The notes under the pieces: generated by a model
What the model was told of the DNA's origin: nothing
Seen by the model: only the letters and a program-made list of their open reading frames with translations
Database searches by the model: none
Position numbers and translations under genes: made by a program
Part shown: positions 41,201-53,200 of the stretch, one piece after another
How the letters are laid out: every line of letters begins with the position of its first letter
How positions within the stretch are numbered: the first letter of the stretch is position 1
Assembly (NCBI GenBank): GCA_051362555.1
Contig: CM120640.1
Span: forward strand, 39,906,788 to 39,970,787
Source: Lingula anatina
Lineage: Eukaryota; Animalia; Brachiopoda
Length of the DNA stretch: 64,000 nucleotides
Reading direction: 5' to 3'

Positions 41201-44200
41201 TTGTTTAAATCTTAAATTTACTTCTGAATAAAAAAAAAATTACATATATCTTTTAATCTGCCGAACAGATGGAAAATGAGTTAAAATGTACTATCTGATC
41301 ATAATTTCATAAATCTTATGTAAAATTTTGCTGAACTAGAATCTACTTTTTGGACAAGAAATTATCATTTTAAAAGCCTATTGACTCACATTCACATGGC
41401 GGAAGCTCATGTGTATGGGCTGTGCCAGCTGAATGTCCCCATCCTTGTTGTTCAAGGACAGTGACAAGATCTTGCTGTTCACTATGCTCACGTCTGTCTT
41501 ATTCTTGGCGCTGTCTGGCTTCAGCCACTGGTTTAGGTTGCTATATGAGATGAATACAATTTTCACAACACCTGGAAATTAAATGATTTGATATCATGAG
41601 GATAAAATACAAATTCAAACAGTTATTTAGAGACAAGTGCAATTTTCTATTTGCAAAAGCAGATATTAGCAGCAGTGGGTAGTTTTACCTGCCTGTTCCC
41701 ATGTACTTATTAAAGAACTATTAATTAATGCATGAAACAAAAAAAAAAATATTTCAAAACCCTCAAGATAATTTAAGTCCCAAAAAATTAAATCAGAAAA
41801 AGAAAGTGGTCTTACTGATTCTTAAGATTATTAAAATCAGTTACATAATTAAAAGTCTTACCATCTTTATCAGCATTATCCACAATGGCTGACTCCGGCA
41901 GAGTAATGGAATCGCTGGAATTAAGCATAGCTTGTTGTTCAGGAGTGGGGTAAACCCGCTGAAGTCTCTGGTCTGAGAAAGGATTAACCACTTCTATTTC
42001 TATGGCTAAACAGAGAACAGAAGTTAAACAGTTAATCTAAAAGATGAAAGCTCTGATTGAGATTAATGCTCAACTAATAAGGCAACTTTTTATGTACATG
42101 CCAATTACTGTCTTGACATAAAAAATCTACATTTTTAAATGCCCATTCAGCCTTATATCCCCTATAATACATTGCACTTGGTAAAAACTAGGGTCTGTTC
42201 CATTTTGAAAAAAAGACTTGCCTTTTAACTTCAACCATTATCAAGTGTAATAGATGGAAAACAACACTCACCAACATTTTCATCAGTACTCCTAACTGCT
42301 GGAGTTTCTACATTCAGGGTTTCTGCCACCTCAAATGCTGACCTCTCCAACAGCTTCAACAGTGTAGTGGCAGTCTCTACCTGCCTTTCTCTCTTCAAAT
42401 CCTTCCAGCCATTTCTCTGCTTGGGGGACAGCAAGTTACTGCTTGACCTCACAAAATTCTGAAAAATAAAATAGAAAAAAAAATGAAATCACAAACAGGA
42501 AATCCGAATATGCACTGGTCAAGTCATGGAGGATTGCGCTACCTGCTGATTTTTGACAGAAAAATCATAATATTTAAAAACAACTTGAAAGATGTCATCA
42601 ACATAACACACCAGAGTGACCAAGGCAAAAAAAAAAAAAAAAAGCCAAAAACTTTTGTACCAAGCTTTCACAATTTGCAGCCATGAGTATCAATTTGAAT
42701 ACTCAGAAATATAAAACAACATGACTTGATTTACCTTAGTAACATTGGTCGCCTTCATCACCCTGTTCTTTTCCTTGGTGTTTTTCAGCTCAGTCTTGAG
42801 TCCTTCTGCCATCTGCATCATGACTAAGGCAGAGCTGATGACGTCCCCACCATACAGGTCCTGACTGGCTGTGGCTGTGGCCAGGTCACTGGAAATATCT
42901 TCTATGGAAGCCTGGCCTGATTCAACCTGGATGGAACAGGAAAAATGTTTACTGCTGTGACAAAATCCTTACAGTGTTATTTCAGTCAGTTTACTGCATA
43001 AAAATTTACAGACAGTGAAAGAAATTTTTCTGACATTTTCTTATTCCTTATGTTGAAATGTCTGAAACTGAATTCAATACTAATTTTTGATTCAACAACT
43101 TTATACCAAATGATATAATTCATTAAAAAATGTACATTTGTTCTTTAAAACTTATTCTTAATCTTTTTTTCGTCATTCTTACTTTTCACTTTTTCAATTT
43201 AGAGTACTGACAGAAGCAGAACTTACGTCATTCTTAATCCTCGTCAAAGCATCAGATATACAGTCACTGAGGTCAGGGAGATCTATCCACTCCCCCATCT
43301 CACTGCATTTCCAAAAGGCCTGACCTAAAATGATGAATGACTCCATTAATATTAAATTTTGATCACCCTTCAGAGTTTTTCCTTTTGCGAAATGCCTACC
43401 TCATTTTTTCTATCCATTCATATCACTATATTTAAATATATTTTCTAGATCAATTATGAATTCCCTTTGAGCCAAATGAAATTCAATGCCATCCCCTCGT
43501 AACCTTATTGCATACACATTGCTAACACTTGATGACTGATAAATTGAAAAAAAAAAAAGATAAATAGAGGCTCAAAATATAATTATCTGTTTTAAAGATA
43601 AACTGCTGCTAATGTGATTGATCATGCCATAAAAAAGTCATAGGATTGGAAGGATAACTTTTTACTATCATTCATACACCGAGTTGGACATTCTGCTACA
43701 TCAATCAAATTCATAAGAGATATTTTAAATTTACTCCCAAGCACCATTTGAAAGTTATATTTTCAAACAAACTGAAAATATTTTTTTTTTCAATTTTTGT
43801 CCTTTTATTAATCAAAACTATATACTATAGTGATAAAACACATTTACCTTTCATCTTGTGAGGGCAATCTCTGTTTACGACCACATTGGGCTCTGTTCTT
43901 GGCCAAGTAATATTCCTCCGGAACTCCCTTCTGCAGAAGGGGCGAGGCCTGCCAGACTCTGTGACACTCGGGGTGATCTCAGTGGAAGACAGGGTGTCCC
44001 TCCCCGGGGGACTGGCTGGGGGAGTGTGCCTCCTTGACGGGGGGACAGTGGTACTGGTTGTTGTCACTGATGTTGCTGCTGTTGAAGATGATGATGATGT
44101 AACTGTTGTTGGCTCGGTCCTTGCTCTCGTTGGAGAAGGTTGCCTGGGTGTTGTTATCCTGGTTGTTGTTGTTGTAGTTGTTGTAGAAGAAGTTGTAGTT

Positions 44201-47200
44201 GCTGAAATCAAATGTAATGAACTGGTTGTCTGTAACCATTCAGAAGACAAGGAAATAAGAACAATGAATGCATTTCATACTGCAATATAAACACAATAAG
44301 TCACTGTCTAAACAGTTTTTAATTGAAAAATTAATATCCAGTATCTTTAGTATTATTAATGTGGCAGTCGTCGAATTGTTCTATGCAGTTAGGCAATCCA
44401 TTAAATTAATTTCCGTTTTTCAAATCATCATGCTCTTTGAGGGTTTAGCAGGTTAACACTTTATGACTCAATGAATCAATTACTTTATCAACAATTGCTT
44501 ATTGCATGCTTAATAAGCATATATTATGTCATCCAAGGCAGTTAGTACTTCTGAAATAAAGTAATCATCTCTGAGTGCAGTTAGTCAAGTTAGCGCAATC
44601 ACATAGCAACGTGCCATTAAAGTATGATATTTGTTATTCACTTAATGGAAGCTATGTCAGCTATGTTCCACTGTGGACAAATGGTCTGGAAACAAAACTG
44701 AATGCATTGGCTTATTAGTCATTATTATTTTTTAATGGTTATCAAAGCAGTGTAGTCACCCATCAGGGACGTGTTAAGATCTGGACTAAGCAGGACCAGA
44801 AATAGTCCAAATGACATCACTTGACAACCAGATTACTTCACTTGGGACCAAAAGAGGCATGATGTAATTTGGTCATTCGGTGAGGTCAGCTGGATTATTA
44901 CTGGTCTTGGTTTAATTCTGTGAACACCATCAGTGAAAGCAGCACTGCATTACAACACTGCAATCCATGCAGAAATAGCAAGCATTAAATGTGCGCAGTT
45001 AAAAGTGGTCATTGTATAAAAAAAGAGGACAGAAAATGTTTAAATTTTCATATCAAAAGGTCCACATGTTACAGTTAGATGAGATAATGTTTTGAAACCA
45101 AAATTGTTATAAAAAGGAGCACAATTGTATTATTCCACAAGTTTAGTTTAAATTTTCATATCGAAAGGTCCACATGTTACAGTTAGATGAGATAATGCTT
45201 TGAAACCAAAATTGTTATAAAGAAGGAGCACAACTGTATTATTCCACAAGTTTAATGTTAGGTATGCTTTTTAACAAATCAGATACACATTAAATTTGAC
45301 CTAAAATGTTTGAAAAGAAACCTCAAATCTTAAGGATAGGAAGTTACTGTTCTGTCTGCGGTGAGTAAAAGAATCAGGAATGAAACACTGTGTATAAATG
45401 AAATACAGGCAGTAAGTGGAGAAACTGCCAATTTTTGGTCCATAAACTTCAGAAAGACATGTCAAAAGACAAAACACAAGTTAAAGGCATGACTTAGATG
45501 TCCATCTTTTATCTTCAGCTAGTAAATTCAAGAGAAAACCGTGGTGCAAAGAAGAAAATAAAAAAATGTTCTATATTTAGCTTGAGCTGCATACAAGATA
45601 AAGGGCACACATAGATAATCAAGCCACAAACATGCTCAGGCACAGGCGCACTAATGAAAAAAAAAAAGGTGAAATGTCTAGGTCGCTACTGTAGCCATGC
45701 TGCATCTCCAAGGGCACTGCATCCTCAAATCCTCAACATCACGCCCTCCTACTTACTATGAAATAAAGCGGGCTGGGTAGTAGTGCTTAAATGAAACAAA
45801 GTTTCAACTGGGGCCTCAGAAGGAAGGTAGCCCTCTGAAACAACGAATTGGAATGGACGTCATGCAAGACTTCTGCAGCCAATTGAGAAACAGAAGCAGC
45901 AAAAATATCGGAAGGAAAAACTGAAATACAACACTGATTCAAAGCTGGACTGACTCTAACATTGGGTTATGTTCAACTATGTGCTACTGGATTGACTTTT
46001 TAAAAACTTTTGTCAGCCCTGATTAATTGCACTCAATTTAAGTTTCTCTGCTCTTTACAAGGCATGTAACAACCAAAATGAGGCATTTTTAGATGGATAC
46101 ATGTTAGAGTGAGTCTTATATGCAAATGAAGCAAAAAATTGCATTTCGAAAATAAACTAGCAGCTGCTGCAAAAAATATTGGACAACCATAAAACAAGGC
46201 CCTTTTTAGGTTTTTTTGTCAGCTTTATAGATATGTGCCATAACTTTTCAATTCACTTTCACTGGGAAACACCTTATTCACATTAAAAGGGTTAAAACAA
46301 GTGTGTTAGAATAACATCTGAGTCTGGGAAAAACATTCTCCCCTTTATCTTGTAGTGTAACTGGTGCCAAAAGCAAACATCTAGGCAAGACATATCTTTT
46401 TCATCTAGTAAATCTGTCTGTGCCTCCCAGCCCAAGTTTGAAATGTCACCATTGCCAAAATAAATAAAGCACTGGTTTATAAAAATTATCTTTGACATTG
46501 ATAGAATTACTCCAACAATACTAACTTTTCTTTTCAAAACAAGCTGGGCCAACGCTTGTCTTGTTCCAAATGTTGCATCAATTTTGTGTAAACTTTCGTG
46601 TGGGGGATCTCTAAGCTTACTTCAAACATAAACACAGTTTCTCTCCCAGCTCAGATGTATGTCTAGCAGTAGCTTATATCAAATAAAAAATTAACAAAAA
46701 AAAAATAAGACATTTATCATCATCCTAAAAATTGTATTATTTGACCACAATAAATTTATAATATTAAGTATGTACAAATTATAAAAATATATAAATACAA
46801 AAACCCAAGGAAAACAAAAACTGCAAACATAAGTGATATCGAATTCAAGCCTCGGGGACAATCTCAACATGCCAAAAATAACAATCAAAGTAATGATCCA
46901 TGAACTATAATCAACACAAAGCATGTTTTAAACCTGGTTCTGTGCTATATACTCACAATAAGTTTGAGAAAAGAAAACTGCAATACAATGCAGTATAATT
47001 AATACTGCTTATAGATATCTATCAAAATAAAGAATATTTATATATGTATCACTATTATGTTTCCAACTAAGGACTGGTGACAGTGACATAATTTGATGAA
47101 TTTTCAATGCTTGACGAACAAATAGTATTTTCGTTGAATTTGGCATTCAGAGAATACATGAACCAGGTTTCTCACAGTTACTGTGCCTCTCATTGTTCAT

Positions 47201-50200
47201 AAATAAATCAACATGCAGAATCAAGATAGCAAATCTACAAATTAATTCAGCCTTGAACATAACAGAAATCAAACTATGGTAATTACACACAAATTTCAAA
47301 CACCTTACATATTCCACTTTCCCAATGATTACAACTCATCATTTTTAACTTAAATATTATTCAAAATTTTTTTTCACAAGAACTTCTCTTACAAAACACT
47401 GCATTGGGAAATATGTGTTTAAAATTAGAGAGCAATTACCACATCAACATCTAGCCTACCTGGAACACATCTGTACTGTATTTCAATGTACTTGTACACC
47501 TTTCGACAGGGGTCTCCAAAATATCCGTTATTTATAGGCAAAGAGCATGCAAATTGGCCTTGGCACCTGTGATAATATGGGAAAAGGACATGCATGGATT
47601 ACTACTGATTATCTATTTGTAATTAGTAAAGTGGTGCCAATATCTGCAATATTAACTCATTTGTATACATTGTTAGTAGGACTACTGGTTTGATTTTTTT
47701 CTCTTCTTTTTTATAAGAAGGGCCAAATGGCACTGTTACAAAATCTGTAAGTGATTCAACTTTTTTTTTGTTCCTTTTGCTTTTTAAAATGCAAATCAAG
47801 CAATTTGGGCAAAAAATCATGTCAACGTGTTTTATCAGAATTAAATGAAAGCTTAAATCCTGTTTCTTAATGGTTGAAAATTTCCAAATGCAAAACAATA
47901 TGGATCTAAAAATAATTATCTTTTCTGTATGTGTTTGACCACTTTCCAATATAATTTTCATGCCAAGTTGTTTTGCTGTAGCTCTAGATCTGTAAACAAG
48001 ACATCAAAATACTGTGATAGCAGAATACAAAAAAGTCCTTGTAAAACATAGGTTTATTGAATCGCCTACAATGTTTGTGACAATGTCAATACTTCATTAT
48101 TTTCAGGGCAATTAGTACTATGTATAACGATACATCATCATGCATATTGATTGTTATGATAGATATACTTCCTGCAAACAAAAAAAACCCATACAAACAA
48201 ACAATCAACAACAAACCATCCTAGATGGTAGTCACGAGGCATTTTTATTTTTGTGTAGGCTATGACGATTCTAAGAACTGGTGGGCAGAGGTTATCACCG
48301 TGTGTGTGCGTGCATGCGCATATGTATGAGTGTGTGTGTAAAGTAAGAGTGTTCTTGACATATCTAGGTTAATTGAAAACCACATTGTTGAGTCAAAGCT
48401 GTTCTAACTAAGAAAAATTCAGAACAGTATCATTATGATAATCATAAGCCTCAGGTGGATATTCCCTCAGGTTATCATTGCATATTGATCTGTGACAGAA
48501 GTCCCCATGTTGAAAACACACAAGTTGATCCAAAAGGCAAACAATGTGTGGGTGATCACTAACACTCAGGTGAAACACCGGAAATATTATTTTCTATACA
48601 GAGTATATGGGGTGAGTCATGCACAGTTATGCAGACACATTTTGTAATAGAAGATAAGCAATAATTCCTGGTGCGGCTGTTCGTTTGACAGATATATCCT
48701 ACCCTCTTTAGCAGACTGCCATTTCTTGCTGTTTCTTTTTTTTTTTTTAAGTCTGAATGATGATGCTACATTGTAAAACAACTTCATACACTTATCTCAT
48801 TGGGTAAGCTTACATTTTTAATGTGAAATATCAATTCTATTGTTTGTAACAATCAAAGGAAACAGGACTGAAGCTCCTCCCCCCCCCCATCCCCCAAACA
48901 CACACACACACGAACTTAAATAATTAATCTACTTGGACACTTAACTTGGCAAAGTCTAACCAACCCTTCAAACCAGCACTGAGTTCGAGTCTGCTAATTG
49001 TTACTCGTCTAATAATTATTGCATCGAAAAATTTGACACCAAATATACAGCCAGACAGACAGACACAGAGCTCCCCCAGTATATAATAGGAACCTTAATG
49101 TTGTATCATTTCCACCATAATTTACCCTCACAGCATAACATCCTGTAAGTGAGAAATAATATCCCCACACAAACACTTTCAGCTGACCCACCTCATATGG
49201 AGTACATTTATTTTGTCTCTGATTTATTCCTTCTAAGATAACAGCAACCTGCCAATGCCTGTGGCTTGTGATTATTATTATTCGTAGAAGTCTGGCTGGG
49301 TGAAGTTAAGTAGTGCAAAAGGTGCTGCAAACCAATATTGGTCAAAACATACTAAACTGTTATATTATCGGAGGGCATTGTGTACATATTCCCTTCCATT
49401 ACGTTTGTTTTGAGCACAGGGCAATCAAAATCAGACCACCTGAGACTAAAATGGCCTTTATTACAGGTGGTCAGTGTGTGGTCAGCTAGTTAAGAAAAAC
49501 CAACTGACCATTAGGTTTTGAATTCTGACCTGACAGCCAGTGTTGTAAGCACCAGCCATAAAGGTAGCATTAAATACAGGTGGTCATCCCCATCAGAATC
49601 TGGCACTGTACTGACCAATGGGACTTATGTAAATGACCACTAGAGTAAGTCAGTTGGTCAAAGGGATCATTTGGTTCACAATATTGACAGGCAGTCCACA
49701 GACTGCCACTTGAGAAAGATTTACACTCACTCTGACGTGACAGACACAACACTATCAATGGCTACTCTAACAGACTGGTCTTGCGGTGCTTTTTTGACCA
49801 TTGGTGGCCACTGACCATGCCCGTGACTGGTCTGTGGGACAACGGGATGACATTTTTTTTTTCTGTGACCACCAGACCACCATGGCTCCACAACAACTTG
49901 GCAGCATTCCCATGTCTAGTGTGACATATGGTGTCACTAGTGCCACAGAATTAATAATGTAAAACTTTCCACTCATTTCTCCCACACACAGTTTCCACTC
50001 GTTTTTACTTCCCCATAGAGAGTATCATATAATAAGCATATCTATGGATATACGTTTTCATGTCAAACTTATTGACAATTTCCTTTAGCAATGTGTTTCT
50101 CAATTCTGGCATGAATATACTTGTGCTACAGTTGTGAAAAAAAATGGGATTTGTGTCTAGATGACATTTTTGATTGATGTAAAATATGTAAGTCTGACTC

Positions 50201-53200
50201 AACAATGGCAAAGATTGGCTCAAATTTACAGTATGGAACTGATTAAATGTGTCAAGAAAAAAGGATACAAAGTTAGGAAATCTGTCTCCAAAGTTTGTGA
50301 TTTTGCATCCCATTAGAAGCCACTACAGTGCTGCAAGAAACAGGATATTTCCTGCTGCAATTGTAAAGTAAGAGACTGTTTCTCATTATCTTCAACACAC
50401 TTGAAATTAGTAGGAAAAAAAACAGTGATGTATCAGACGAACCAGCTGTCACTGACATCAGTGTTGTTCCAAACTGGTAAAAACCAGGCATATATCAGCC
50501 TAGTAGACTGTTTTGGTTCCTGATACCGTGATGGCATCACCTCCAGTACAAGTGATGCATGAATTACTTTCAAAGTCTAATAATGACCAAATTCTTTTCT
50601 TTGACAAATTTGTTTAAACACACTTCTCAGAACACCAACAATCGCCCACAGAATACTACATCTGGGCCACAGTTAAAACTTATTTCTTGTGTTTTGTTTC
50701 TCTTATTAAAGAAAAAAGTTCAAAAGAAACATCATTCCCTGTGATCAACCTTGCATATTATCTTTCTGTTTAACCATAACCAGGTTTCCCAGCCAGCCTA
50801 ACAGCCAGGAAAACACTGCCTTTCTTTAGAGTCATATATCTAATGTGAAAATTTCTTTTTGTCATGTCTTTTTTGAGGTTTTGTATCACATCATTCCCAG
50901 AGAATCACAATCACCTCAAGTTCAGTCATGCCATTTATCTTTTCCATGCACCATGCTCTGATATACCAGTCTGCCCATAACACCCTGAGTGTTTGAGACC
51001 CAAACTGAAATTTCCCACCATATTCTGACAGGGGCAGTCATCTTTAGCTCTCAAATACTCAGGGTGTTCCAAAGCCGCATTCATACAAGGTCCATTTCAG
51101 GCTGGGTATAGGTCTAAATTGTGTTGTAAAACAATGGATTTAATTGACAGCGGGTTCTACTTGTGCAAAGGCAGTCTTTCAACACAAATTGGGCCAGTTC
51201 TTAGCCAGAAATTATCCTTTCTGAACAGGCCTTGATGTCTCTAGGCCTGCTGCTACTCCCCACACCAAATGTCAAACTCAGCAGACCTGCACAAACTCAT
51301 GTCTTTTGACTCTCAATTTGTTGGACTTGCACTTTGATTTTTCATGGCATAGGAATTCCTGACACGACCATTTCTGTCAAACAGGAGGAAATTAATTACC
51401 GTTTTCTTGTGATCTTTTCAATTTTTCTGTGCAAGTCAATGCTGAGCATGTAAGGGAACTTTTTCACAACAAACTGGGATATATAATTAGGTACAAAAGG
51501 CATTTTTTAGTCTATTAACAAAAAGTCAAATTTAATGGAAAATAATTCAAATTTCTGAGCAGCTTTTTTTTTCCTTTTTAAGAAATACGAATAGATTCTT
51601 TACCATAGACTAACAAAGAGAAAAAAGTTTTTTAATTTTTGTGTTTAATTTGCCCTGATAAGAGTTGGCAGCAGATACCGTGACATAGCAGGCTATTTGT
51701 ATCATTTGGAGTCTTTTTCACAACAGTGCTATAGCCTGAAAACTTTTTGTCCATTTTGACACAAAATAAAAAAGCAGTCCAATTAAATGAAATGGTGTTT
51801 TATAACAGGGGAGGCATGGTTAATTTACGTGACCTACTATGGATTTTCCTTGTTCTGAAGTAGAGCTCAGTTTTGGTCTTAAAAATTAAGACCAATTTAG
51901 GGGCTATAGCACTTTTGTGAAACTGGCCTCCACAGGCAGGATGGGCAAAAAACAGTATAATATACCTAATCTAGTCGATGCATATACATATGTACACATA
52001 TATGTATATATATATGCTCCATGCACAGGTGCCCCGTAAGTTGTTATACATATGATATTCACCTCCACCTTACCTAAGATACACTGGTATTCAACCTCCA
52101 AATATTTAAGTGTATCAGAACAAGGGTCACTAAAAATGACATTAGAAGCTGGAACACTGCAATTGTTCCGGTTACACCTAGGTATATAAAGTTTAAAAAT
52201 GGCACTAGGAAAAAAGCAAGTAATCAACAGCAGCAGCACCACCACCAACATACAATTCATTAAAAGTTCTGAAAGGCATAGGAGTGAAATATTGGTGCCA
52301 AATGCTACTTGAATTGATTTCAGTCACCTTTCAATGTCTCATTCTTGGAAAATACTGGAAGATATTACAGATAATTTTCCCCCTTGATCCCCACTGAAAT
52401 TCACCATCTCTTTGCTGTTTGTGTTCTTGAATTTCTTTTCCAATACATAAAAAACTGAATGTTTTAAGCATGAAAAACTTCAGTCTTGTATTGGCTATCA
52501 GTAATGGGTCTCACTTTCCTCACTCCTATGCCGTTAAATAAAATGCTACCACCACCAAAATTAATGCACAGTATATATATAAGTCAAGTTATCATTTCTT
52601 GATAATGTTTACAAATAAAGTACATGAAAAACAGAAAAAGAAATTTTGATAACAGATTTTAGCAGTTTTAATATCAACACAATGGAACTTAAGTTTCAGG
52701 AAAAAATTAAGAAAATCTATTCAATATAAGCTATTATAAAAGAACATTATAACAGAATTATAGCTCTAAGAATTAAAAAGACAGTTAAAAATTTCAAAAC
52801 AAAAACTGGAGTTACAGAAACCCAAGTGGTATGTATAATACACCTATCTAACTTGCTCATTCCAGAGAAACAGGCCATAAAATTCACACTGCAGCCCCCA
52901 GTTTCTATTTTATCAGAAACGGTTTTAGGTGACAATATATATTACAGTGTCATTCAGCAATAAAGTACTGTGTGAAGTCAAACATCTTTAAGCCAATTAC
53001 TCAGAGGAAGTGAAGTAGGATCATTTTGAATGAGCATAGGAAGTCATTTAGGCTCCGGTTGAAAAAAAAATGGCAAATTGCCATCTTTGTTGACTGGCTT
53101 TATGCCATTAGCCCTGCCATCATGTATTTAGTCTCCTGGTTCACTTTCAATGCCTTTTCAACATGGAGAAACCATTAGACTGATATATGGTTATAACTTT

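Noticed and set aside
43886-44290. Val-rich plus-strand ORF that looks transmembrane
   Set aside because: Reverse complement of the Thr-rich stalk exon (ACA/ACC repeats read as GTT/GGT).
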